From assembly GCA_964252035.1 (NCBI GenBank), contig OZ176205.1: a DNA stretch of 64,000 nt. One strand, given 5' to 3'. Below are positions 1-64,000 of the stretch, piece by piece. The position numbers were made by a program, and so were the translations under genes. Positions within the stretch are counted from its first letter, which is position 1, and each line of letters opens with the position of its first letter. The stretch comes from Podarcis erhardii. Lineage: Eukaryota. Below the pieces are notes generated by a model. It worked only from the letters and a program-made list of their open reading frames with translations, had not been told where the DNA came from and did not search any database.

Positions 1-1734
1 TCTCTCCCCCTTACCCACTGATCATCAGTACAGCTGCAGCTTTTTAAAAGGGCTCTGTGTGCACATCTCTGACTGCTGCGCACATGCTTTGCTGGATCAG
101 AGCTGAAAAGTGAAATATAGATGATAATTACAATGATCTGGCTGTAATTTGGTTGCTGATGCTAATAACACCCCTCCCCTCACCCAAAGCAAGCATTTCT
201 ATGACATATTTAATTAACATCTTCTGACACCACTGATCTTGTGCCTTTAGCAGCCTGACACACAGAATTTTAGTTTTTTCCATCATTTATCTCTGTTCTA
301 GGAAAAGCGTCGCCTGCTAAATTTCTGTGTGATAGGCTGCTGCTATACCAACTTCTGATGTGTGGGAAGAATTCCAGGAGCCAGAGGGAGCCAGTAAAGG
401 CTTACTCCTCAGAGCCAGTTCCAGCTAGACGTTCCCTTCTCCACCCTCTCAGGCCTGTCTCTGTTTCCCACTGATGCACACATGAATCCAAATGGATTAG
501 CCACATGAAGGGGCAGAAAGGTGCTTTAAGAAAATAAAAATGTAGTCTATGAAAGGTATGCCTAGACAAATTTAGGTTTCTCCTCAAAAGCAGTGCAGCA
601 TTTTGGAGGGCAAGGGGCAAAGAAATGTTGGCAACATTTAATTCTTAAGGGCTCTTGACTCAAGTTGGGTTCTGATGGATTGGCTGGACAGAGCCACCTG
701 TCAGATGGAAATGTGCTGTTCTCGCCTTTTAGAAGTTGGTAGCTGCAACTGTCAGGGTGTTAACTACTGCAGGAGTTGCTCAATTTCCCAGAAAACCAGC
801 TTGTATATTGGGACTTAGAAGGAGCTACAATGGTCTTTTTGCCTCTAGGGAATGGAAGCTGAGCAAACTGTCAGTTTTTGAAGAGAGAAGCTGTGAGTAG
901 GCCATAACCATGTCACAAAGATCACCTCGGAGGCTGCTGCTCTCCCACCCCATTTTACCAGTTGTCCTGTGGGAAGGATTTCAGAGAGAAAGAAGAGACC
1001 ACCTCAGAGCCTGCTTCAATTGGACTTTCCCCTTCCCAAACCACAGAGCCATTCTACAACCATCTGCCCAGTGAGAAGGATCCTGATGAATTTTTATATG
1101 TTGATCTTACTTATTGTGGCTTTTAGAGCTGCAGTTTGGTGTTCCTTGGAAGAATTTGTATCCTGAAAGGTAAAATATAAATAAATGAAATAAATGAATT
1201 AATATTATAGGTAGAGGATTATAGTAAAAGGATAGCAACTGTGTGGCTGGTTTTATGTCAACATGGTAATGCCAAAAGAAACCTGATGTTGGCCCCAACT
1301 CATATAATTTACCTTGAATCTACATACAAATAGGATCTAAAAGCTACTCTTTTTCTTTATAAAAAAAAATGCTTCTAGTTTGGATACCAGAGACATGGCA
1401 GCTGGCTGGACTTTGGCCTGGTCTTGTTATGTCTAGAGAGGTCTATATAACTGGCCCCTTTAAGTATTTGCTGCCTTCTGTGATTATTACTGAATTTCCC
1501 CAGCTGTAATTAATTGAATGCATCTGTTCTAACCCCGCGGCTGCATTGTGACACAGTTCCTTCAAAACTGTTCAATTAGCGGCCACTAAAATCTAGGTCG
1601 AATGGGAAGTCTGGTTCGGGTATTTTCCAGGTCAAAACATTTGGAAAACAGAAAAGCCACACTGCGTTGTTTGACATTGTAGTAAGGTTTTGTTGACTGA
1701 AGTCAGATAAGAAACGTTCCCAGTATCTAAATAA

Positions 1735-1754
1735 GTGTGTGTGTGTGTGTGTGT
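1735..1754. repeat. (GT)10 microsatellite
   Basis: Read directly from the sequence. Confidence 0.95.
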
Positions 1755-4141
1755 AAGCTTTGGATTTTTATGGGAGGGGCAAAGCACCTGTTTGTGATGC
1801 AAATTCTGCAGCAAATGCATTTTTAAAATAACATACGGATGTAAGGGAAATAACTGTCAAGAATCGTGAACCATAGTGTACGGGTGACTTGTAAACATTA
1901 GCAGCAGCAGGCCTTCAACGGTGCTTAGTATAATATAATGCAATTTGATTTTTGTATCGTGTCCTTTGTAGACACATGATGCTTTGCAAAGGAAAATGAT
2001 ACAAGACACACTGCAGAGTGCTAGTTACAGAAAGCGGGAGTGTAACAGACGCTACACAGTGAAGAGATTAAAGCTTTTAGTCCCAGGGCTGAATGCAGAG
2101 GGGAGGATGGGAACTAAAGCAGAGGCAAGAGAAAGAAAGGAGTGTTTTTTAGAACACAATGCAGCCCTATACATAATGGTACCTGCACAGTCAACTATAT
2201 CTTGGGATGTGCTTTGCATTAAAATAATATGATTTTAGACTTGCGGAATAAAGGAGCAGAAGTGAAGTGAGAAAAATTAAGAAACGTAAGTGAGAGAGGA
2301 AAGAATTGGGTTTGGCTGTGATTTGATTGAGGGCAAGAAATGAGTGAGGAAGGCTTGCATTCAGAGAAGTCATTGGGAGTGTCTAGATCCCCTCAGAACA
2401 CTCCTCAGTTATTTCCAGCACCAATCAGGTGGACAGCAAGAGAGAGAAAGCACATGGTGTGATAGGAACAGCTGATGAGTGTTACCATAGGAGCACCTCT
2501 CCACTGCTCCTAGAGCTAAGCAGTGGGAAGAGGTCCTGCATACCTCACAGAAGTTGGCCAAAGGCTGCATGTAGCCCATGGCACTCATATGTGAACTAGA
2601 AGACCAACTTGTAGTGGGAGTGGAGAGTGAGTACACAGTGGTACTCAGGTTATAATTTGAGCACAGGGCACTGAAGTTTAGGCAATGGTGTATTGGAGAT
2701 GGTTGGTGGTTGTAGATCAGTGGTGGGCAGAAGGGAGATCAGGATCTACTGGTAAATCTCTGGGTGCTTTGCAGATCAGGGTTCCTGACTCCCAACTGCT
2801 TTATCAACAGGAACAACAAATTGATTTTCCCCACCTAAATTAGGCGTCTGCAGGCATACTTTTGTGTGAAAGGCTGGGACCTCTGTTCGGTTCTTGAACC
2901 AAAAGCAATTTCTTCAGCTCAGAATGTGCTTAGAGACAACCTGATGTTTAATTCTGACTATATATCCTTTACATCTGGCTCTGCTGGGTAGATCTTACGG
3001 TCCTAGTGAATCTGACATGGCTGTGGTTCGCCCACCCCTGTTGTAGAGGGTGCCTTTTCCTAGACTAGGAACTGAAGTTCTTGTGGCAGAGGTGTACTAT
3101 AAATAGACAGGTCATGAAGTAAACTCCCCCTTTTAGTATTTCAAAAAGACATTTAAGGAGGTGTGAATGCTTTGCTCCCTAATAAAATGTGGTATTTAAC
3201 ATTCAGTGCCTGTCCAAAGTGGAGCTTAATGAAGTTCTCCAAAGTAACTGTCAAGCCTTTTAAGGTTAGTAGCTTTTATAAAAGTCTATAAAAAGCCAGT
3301 CCTAAACCTCCCAGCAGACATTTCTGCCACTAACAACCAGCTGTAGCCTCCCACCAGCTTTCTTGTGTTCTACCATAGTAGGTACGGAGGTTGCCTCCCA
3401 CGCCTGTAGGTTGTCAGGGCATGATTCAGAAGCTGAGATGTAGATGCTGGGCTAGGAGTGATTACGGTAAACGACACAGCCTTCTTAGCCGGACAGAATT
3501 AGTGGGTTTGCAGTGTTTAGAGCGCATGTGAAAATTGCAAGAGGAAATGCAACAACAAAGGCTAAAATGAATGATTGGATTGCTAGTGACACTTTCTAAG
3601 GATATGTTGTGAATATCTCACATTGGTATGAATTTAACTTTCACATCTGGCCTCCCACAGCTGTGCAAGAAACAGGTGGCAATTGGCACAGCTGTTGAAT
3701 TATTATATTTAAACTTATACTGGAGTTACGGTCCATTGGTGCGGGGTCATATTATATATTACATAGCCATATAAAGTACAACAGAGTAAAATAACACCTT
3801 AATTCTTAAGTTTCTACCTTCACAGTTGCTGCATGAGATCATATGGAAAGCTCTTGCTTTCTCATTTCCTCCTTTCCTTTCCCTCTTTGTTATCTCCCCT
3901 GCTGTTAAAATTTATTGTAACCTCCTTAGGGCAGAGATCCTACTACCCATTTTTATTTTTATTTTGCCTATGCTGCTCTATACAGCACCATGCAGATAGA
4001 TGGCATTAGAGAGAGAGAGAGAAGTAATAATCTTATATTCACTGGGTCCTCTCTTCCTCATATCACATGTGTGTTTACTGTTTCTTGATTATACAGTAGT
4101 GCTGCAGTGGACAAATACATAATGGACTGGAAGGAATAAAG

Positions 4142-4143
<2 letters not shown>

Positions 4144-4207
<64 letters not shown>
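4144..4207. repeat. Compound (TC)n(AC)n microsatellite
   Basis: Read directly from the sequence. Confidence 0.95.
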
Positions 4208-6596
4208 CACTTAACCAGACAGGAACATGAGTGCTGCAGATGTATCCTAAGATGAAACCAAATACTGTGCTGGAGGGGGTTAGCTATAGTCTGTTTTATG
4301 GTCCATTTGTAAAACAAATAAACACCGCACATGCATCCCAGTGAAACAACTTTTGGGGTGATTTTTCACACCCCTTTGCAAAAGGAAGCACAACTATTTG
4401 CAGAAAGTGCCTCAAAATCTGGCCTATTCCTAGTTCATAAGATGACAGCCACAAAATTTACCAAGCAGTAGAGGCAATGGGAAATTATAGAAATTTCTGG
4501 GAATCTGTTCAGTTCTTCAGTTGTTGTTTTTTTTAATACTACATGCTGAAAATGTGAGAATCTCAGTTTTCCCTTCTTAATAAAATAACTTTATCACCTC
4601 TACAAATGTGGGAGAAAATTCAAATGTGGAACTATATCACAAGAATTAGAGGCACTATAAAAGTATAATATACTAGGAACTAGATGTCAATTAAGGGCTG
4701 TAAGATGTTAGTCTTTTGCTTTGTGAGTTAGCATCATATATATTTGGAGTTTGGGAATGACATCTCAATTTTTATTGGTCTTATTATCTCTTATTGGGTG
4801 AATATGTTATTATCAGGGAATAATAGTTTAACATACATAGAATTTATTTTCCATTGATGAACTTACTGGAGATCTACTAACTTTTACAGAAATAAATTGG
4901 CCTAAATAATCAGTTTTAGGATCCTACTTTTGACCAATGCAATTCAGGATTCTCCAAGATACACGCAAAGTAGAGAGATTCAAACTGGTCTGTTGCGGGG
5001 AGGGGAATCTAATTCTACAATCAGGAAATACCTTTATAGGACCAACAAAAATGTCGCATTAACTTTTCAGGGTTCTATACCCCCAAACCACTAGTTAATG
5101 CCACCTAATTTGACTTTCATGGACTTTGTATCTAGTACACAAGCTAAAATTGTAAGGTGAACATTTCCCCCTTTATTTACCTTCACAAGGAATCTGTGTG
5201 TTTTGCTTAGAACTGGAGACAAATTTGGATAACTGCTAGATTTTACATTTTCAAAATGGGGAATCAACCATTATTTGCTTCTTTGACCCAACAGCCCTTA
5301 GTAATGCCTGCCTGGATCCTAGCAGCATATAATCCAATTAACAGAGCAAGCCTAGCTATAGAAAGCCAACGTTAAGCTGTTAGGTCATGTGAGGAAGCTG
5401 CCAAGGGGTTTCAAAGAGGTGTCTCTCCTTGCCCTATCCCACCCCCCACCCCTTTCCCCTTTTGGGGGAACAACCCTGGCTCAGCCAACTGAACCCCTGC
5501 TGAGCTGGGATGAGGGGCTTACACTAGTTGAGACCCAGTTGGAAGAGCCCAAGATCCACCAAATCCAAACTCTCTCAATCCCAAGGTTTAGATTGTGCAG
5601 TCAGTCTGCAGCGTCCTCTTACAAGCTGCCTTAAGGCTAAATGTAGGCTAGGCTTCATGCTTCAACACCAAGCCAGCTCTCCTCCCCGTTCCCTCTATTT
5701 TGCTTAATGTTAGCCCGATGAAGAGCTCTGGAGAACTTGAGTGTTTGCTCACCATTTTGTGGCATTTACATTGGTCCTCATAAAAGTATAACTCAGCTGT
5801 GTATTTAGACTTTTCACAGTCACAGGCCATTAAGTTGTTTCTGCTACTGCAATGTTCACTGAGTATATTCAGATGGGCAGATTTCCTCATTACTCATACC
5901 TGGAAACACTGCAGATGTCTTGAACAACTTACACTTCACTGAATATTCTGTTCCAGTTAATGCTTCATTTCCAGGTATCTTTGCTTAGTAACTCATTAAA
6001 TAGGCACTAATCTCCCTGCAGTGATCCTCCTTTACATTTGGACAAAAGCAGCTCTGTCCAAATCTTAAAAGGCAATTTCATGAATCTTTTTAACAGTGAT
6101 TTTGCACATATCTATACCAAACAGGGGGTGCATTCTTCTGAGTGGGGGTGACAGGAGGGAGAATTGTTTTTACCTGCATAATGATAACCTTTTTCTTCCC
6201 CTTACTAAGCTTTCTGGTATACCACACCAAAGTTATTGTGATGGGGTGATAATTTTTGAATATTTAGCATCATTAAAAAAACAAAAACAGATTTCATAAT
6301 CCTAAGAAGATGGTGGTTTGTGTACCACAAACTAACAACAGTATATTTACAAGGATAATTAATGACAAATTGATTTCCCCAGCCCCTGCTCTCTGGTTTC
6401 ATACATTACTTTAGCCACCTTATGCTCCTAAATTGTATGCTCATTTTCTAGATGGGTCACGGGGGTCTAGAAGTACTGTAGTGTGCTCAAAGTTGTTGAA
6501 ACAGTATTTTGTGTGGCCATACAGCTTTGGGCTTTCTGTGAGATATACCGGTAGTTTGTTTTTATTGTTGACCCTGTGCTCTGCTTCCCTCACCAG

Positions 6597-58616
<52,020 letters not shown>

Positions 58617-59080
58617 TAAAAGTGAAGAGAGAAGGTGGTTTGTAGATGTTGTTACCTTTTTTGGAAAGGCTGTGGTTCAAGAATGCAATAGCCCAGGTGT
58701 GCTAATATGAAGGGCATGGGGGCTGGAAAAGTGAATGCTCCCAAGTTCACCCACCAGACTTAACCTTTGAACAGTCTTCTTCTTTGGCAATAACTTGTAG
58801 CCAAGTAAGATTTGTCTTTCATAAACACGGTTTTAAAAATGAGTCTGTAAGTGACCATGGAGGCCAATTCTGGATCCACACAGTGGGGACATTGGTTTCC
58901 GGGTGGGAGTTGATCACGGTGTGGATTTGCCAAGTGTGCCTTCCTCTTAGCACGTTTCTCCCTTGTGTCCTACGTTTGAGTGTCTTCAAAGCCATGACAC
59001 CTTTGGTAAAGGCTGTTCTCCAATTGGTGCGCTCGCAGGCAAGTGTTTCCCAATTGTTGGTGTTTATACAATACCATACA

Positions 59081-59392
59081 GGGACGCGGGTGGAGCTGTG
59101 GGTTAAACCACAGAGCCTAGGACTTGCCGATCAGAAGGTCAGCGGTTTGAATGAACATGACGGGGTGAGCTCCCGTTGCTTGGTCCCTGCTCCTGCCAAC
59201 TTAGCAGTTCAAAAGCACGTCAAAGTGCAAGTAGATAAATACTTTCCAGCGGGAAAGTAAACGGCATTTCCGTGTGCTGCTCTGGTTCGCCAGAAGTGGC
59301 TTAGTCATGCTAGCCACATGACCCGGAAGCTATATGCCGGCTCCCTCGGCCAATAAAGCGAGATGCACGCTGCAACCCCAGAGTCAGTCATG
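59081..59392 (+). mobile_element. Sauria SINE, 3'-truncated
   Basis: Starts gggacgcgggtggagctgtgggttaaacc. Stops after accccagagtcagtcatg with no ACCTTT tail. Direct repeat TTATACAATACCAT at 59064-59077 and 59396-59409. Confidence 0.9.
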
Positions 59393-61977
59393 GTATTATA
59401 CAATACCATGTGCTTAAAGACCTCTTGCAAAAACCTTTGCTGTACCATTCTGGTTTTGCCCTGGAAAATCTGGTGTCTCCATTAGAATGTTTGATATCCC
59501 AGCTTTCTGCTGTTGTTCCTCTTTCCCAATGACTTCTGAGAAAACTAACATGTTATGTGGATGACTCTATTTGCTTTTGTATTGATCAAGCACAAGCAAG
59601 GAGGGCGGAACCTCTGCCATAAGTGTAAGATTTTAAAGTGGGCAAGTCTGGAGCAAAGTGGCAGTAGCTACAAGAGTAGCAAAGGATAACACAACTGGCT
59701 AAGAGGAAGCCATGGAGGAGGAGCATCATTCAGTCATAGTTATGGTAGCAAAACTGAAATGTTAGCCTCCTGGCTACAGTTGATGCTATGGGCCAGTTTC
59801 CTGCTTAGGGGCACCAGGAAGGCAAGTAACAGAGGGCAAAAAACATGTCAGTTGTATCTGACTATTCTATCTTCTATTAAAGTTATCTGTTGATTTATCT
59901 TCTGTAGCACCTCAGTTCCTATGTAATGTCAAGTTTAGTGATGCTGCACTAACACAAAACTTGTGCTAGACCAGTGAGTCTTAGAAATTTGCTGTATGTT
60001 CAGAGAGACTTCTGTAAAGAGTCTTTGTTCTGAAAAATCTGAGGACAGAGTTTCAGGCAGTAAAGAGCAGGGAATTCTCATTGTAGTACGACACACCAAG
60101 ACCCCATGTGACTTTCTCATTTTTTTATTAATTACTTTTTCATGTTGCCTTTAATGTCTCAGAAACTGAGCCAGGGTTCCTTGCCTAAGCTTTTCACCTG
60201 ACCTGCACCAGGAGTGCCTGGAGGTCTCAGTGTTGTCAAGGAGCAACTCCACATGGGGTGACCCTAGGTGACAGTAATAAGTAAGAATATGCAGCAGAGG
60301 TTTTGACAACTTGACAGTTTAAATGCATTACTCAGCTTCAGCAGCCTGACCCTGACCTACAGGGACATTAGCCATGTTACTCTACATTTTCCAGATGTCA
60401 GGTTTTTATTCCCAGCCACACTATTTTTAGCCTACCTGGTATGTTGGTAGAGATTCTCTCACCCCTCCTCCAAGCTAGCTATTGTGAATAGACAGGAAAT
60501 CAGATCCACCAATTAAGTCATGTCCATATAGAGTAATTGCTGGGTCTGAGAGGAATCATTTTCAATATGTCTTCAAGCCACTGGGCAACTGTTCCAAACC
60601 GTGCATATCTATTTTAATCCAAATGACAGAAAAAGGAAATAGTAAGGTCACTGTAGGTAGAGCATAGCACACCAAATAAATTTGCACAAATTTTGCATAA
60701 TGGCACCTACCTTTTGTAGCAATATCTTCTATTTTATTCCTGCATGGACACACTTTGACTGACACAGAGAGCATCAGAGCCTGGAGACTCATGCTAGCTT
60801 CTCATTTTGACATCACTCTTGGTAGTGATGGCTTTCTCTAAAGTCTGAACATTCCATCCCTCTGCATATAACCAGTCCCATTTTACTTGCTAGGAAGGCA
60901 GTATCTAGGGTACAAACCCTACCAATTTCATTGGATAGCTGCATACAGCCTCATCTATGCTAATGAAAGGAAGGGAAGAAAAGTGCAGAAAGTATGTCAA
61001 AGAAAAGCACTGGAAGCAATCATTCTCTTATATCCAGTTTAAGACCTTGCGCAGCCACCCGTGAAATCATACGATAGAGTTAACCTCATGTTACTGGAGA
61101 CAGGAAAGGGAAATGAATAGGCTGCTCATGGCCCCTGGTAGAGAATAGCATTTTTCTTCATGCCACCAGCCCTGTATAGCACAACTGGGACTTTGTGGTG
61201 AACTGGCTGCTGAGTCTTAAAGGGGTTCACTTTGATAGATGGATGAGGATAGAATTCCAGAGTCTACCAGATGGGATCTGTGCTTTCCAAAATTCTGACA
61301 CCAGAGAACCATCATTCTCACCACTGTCATGAGGTTACACAGGTCCTTAGGTATCAGACACACTCCCTGCCTTTCCAACCTCCACCTCAATTGCAACCTC
61401 CACCTTTCTCCAACCTATTTCATCTTCTATTTGGTTGAGCAAGAGAGTAGCTGTCAAAAGGAGGGAAACAAGATGAAGGGCAAGTATACAGGAAAACATG
61501 TTCCCTCAGGAGTTAGGTATGGACAGGAGATTAATCTGAGGGGAGATTCAGGTCAAGGATTCAATACACCTAATTTATCTGAATCTTTGAAGTGACATAG
61601 TCCTTATGACAAAGCCACTCGGTGTTATGTTTCTTTGGCCTGTTTCTCACAGAACAGTAGTACATGGGCTAATTTTCGCAGTCAGCAGTAATCTTACAGC
61701 CTTCTGTCTGAATGATATTCCACATAACATTTGTTGTGTTCAAATATATTATTAGGTACAGGTTATGCCAGGGAAAGTTAACTCATAGGTTGAAAAGGAG
61801 GAAAAGGTATTTACCAAGGCATTTCCCCATGATTTTGTGCAAATGCATGCCCATTTTCTGAATGGCAGCTATTCCACAAGGGCAAGACTTAATGAATGTC
61901 ATGTTGCATTGCATTTTTACATTAGATATGTATCCTAGCCTCTTTGAGTTCTATTTACTCAGTGTTATGACAGAAAT

Positions 61978-62345
61978 GGGACGCGGGTGGCGCTGTGGGT
62001 AAAACCTCAGCGCCTAGGACTTGCCGATCGCATGGTTGGCGGTTCGAATCCCCGCGGCGGGGTGAGCTCCCATCGTTTGGTCCCAGCTCCTGCCCACCTA
62101 GCAGTTCGAAAGCACCCTTAAGTGCAAGTAGATAAATAGGTACCGCTTTATAGTGGGAAGGTAAAGGGCGTTTCCGTGTGCTGCACTGGTGCAGGCTCGC
62201 CAGAGCAGCTTCGTCACGCTGGCCACATGACCCGGAAGTGTCCTCGGACAGCGCTGGCACCCGGCCTCTTAAGTGAGATGGGCGCACAACCCCAGAGTCA
62301 GACACGACTGGCCTATACGGGCAGGGGTACCTTTACCTTACCTTT
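61978..62345 (+). mobile_element. Sauria SINE, full length, distinct subfamily, with 13-bp TSD
   Basis: tRNA-like head (box B ggttcgaatccc) and tail acctttaccttaccttt. TSD TTATGACAGAAAT at 61965-61977 and 62346-62358. Confidence 0.93.
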
Positions 62346-64000
62346 TTATGACAGAAATAAAAAGAACACTATGAAGAGTGAGAGCTCAGTTCCTGCCTTT
62401 TCTAAAACTTGGCATGGTTCTTTCTTTGCAGAAGATATTTTGGACTAAAGGTTGCAGTTAAAAGTTTAACAAACTAGAGTTTGGGTAACACAAGAGAGTA
62501 TTTGCAGCAGAATATATCTAATTCTCTTCTCCCATTCCTATGCAGAGTGAGAAGGCCCTGTGGTTCATATATGTTTGCATTTTAAATGCCATCCAGTGTT
62601 CAGCAAAGTGGTAGTTTTGGAACAATGCCAGGGGCAGAATTTCCTTTTGCTTGTGTCTCTGAATTGTCTAACTATATTGCATGTTACCTAACTTCTTGTT
62701 TGGCTCCTTACTCTGGCCCTGCTCAGACATTACAGAAATTGAAAAGGCATAAATAACCAGACAGACAGGGGTAATTTTGGCTCATAGACTGCAATGCTGG
62801 ACTGCCTTGGTACTTGGAATAGGTATGTTACAACACTGCTCCAACACAATCCTTTTCTTGTTCTAGGAATAAGAAAGAGGTGTCTTCAGAGTCATGAATG
62901 GGACTGCCAACAAAAGATATTCTAGCTATTGGTGTAGTGTAACTACCATAATAGTAATAGTAGTATTAATTCAGCAACCTGTGAATCTTTGTTTGCATGG
63001 AAGGAAACCCTATTTCTGATAGTGGAGTGGAATATGGTCACAGAAGGAGTAACTCAGCTCAGAAATTGAAGTGCTCTGTCATTCCCCAGCCCCCAATAAT
63101 TTTTGCAGCTGCAGAAAAGGACAGAAGACTGAATTCTTCTGGCAGAGCTGTTAGTAATGACTTTTCACTGTTCTCTAAAAATATAAGGCTGATGATCTCA
63201 GCATTTCCTTGCGTCCTGCCACCGCCACCAGCAGGTTTTCTTCGTAATCCAGTGCACCACATCAGAGCCAGCCTGGCAGCTTCATAGCTTCATTCCCAGA
63301 GAGACAGAGCACGAGGCAAGAACAACAAGCCCACAGAGGCTGTGTGTGGCAAGCTGTCCTACTGCTCTTGTCTTCTCTTGCCTGCCTAAAGTGTACATGA
63401 CATGTTTTATTTGACTTTTTCCATGCCAAACCCAGAGTCTTCAGTGCATCCAGTTATGAGCTGTGAAGGCGTCTTGAAGCTGAAAAGGGAAAAGAATTAA
63501 GTCAGAAGCAGATGTTTCTCTGCCTGAAGAAGGCTTAGAAAGAAATCCCTGACAGCCTTTCTTGTGGCAGAGTCAGATGCTGGGAAAGTCAACCCTCTGA
63601 TAACACTAATGCTACTCAAAGTAAAATAAGAACTGCTAAACTGGGACAGAGCAGTAGTCCACAGCCCAGCACAGGATCCTGTTGAGTAGTATAGAGCTAG
63701 CACAGAAAGCTTTTTGCAGCCTGAGAGACACTTTCTTTTCTGGGCAATCTTATAGGGGCCACATGCCAGTGATGGGCAGAGCTTGAGGCAAAAGTGGGTG
63801 GAGCAATGAATGTAAATATTACTTTTGTACAGTAAACTAGTTTCTACACATACTCACACACCCCCTTCTAGCCTTCACCCATATAAACAAGGCGTGTTCG
63901 GCCCCTTAGCCTGAGGTTTCCCATATTACTGCTTGCTCTGTGTCTTAGAGTTTGAATGGGCAGAAATCAAGTACTGTATTGCATGGCTGATGCAGTTTTA

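Noticed and set aside
2470-2510. CTGATGA hammerhead-like starts here and at about 8302 and 40745
   Set aside because: None is followed by a helix II and GAAA, so the core is incomplete.

Overview
Vertebrate genomic DNA, very likely from a squamate (lacertid-like lizard), judged from Sauria-type SINEs, a BovB/RTE fragment and lizard-type L2 LINEs. The only host gene is an internal part of plexin-A2 (PLXNA2) on the + strand. It has 10 GT-AG coding exons from 6597 to 58615, 1700 nt in total, with phases that join into one open frame. These encode IPT/TIG domains, the transmembrane helix, the juxtamembrane segment and the start of the GAP domain; both gene ends lie outside the window. The introns carry a near-full-length but disabled L2 LINE, a truncated sister L2, older L2 relics, a BovB fragment nested in another RTE-like 5' end, tRNA-derived SINEs, several hAT and Tc1/mariner MITEs with intact TSDs, microsatellites and a 129-N gap. 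Most interesting: (1) two Penelope-like elements carrying hammerhead-ribozyme cores, one a 124-bp-arm palindrome sitting in what looks like the 5' region of the L2; (2) a candidate 44-nt poison cassette exon at 8086-8129; (3) an unexplained 78-bp-arm hairpin at 51042-51210. No database searches or folding programs were run. Family names and human comparisons come from motif recognition and memory.
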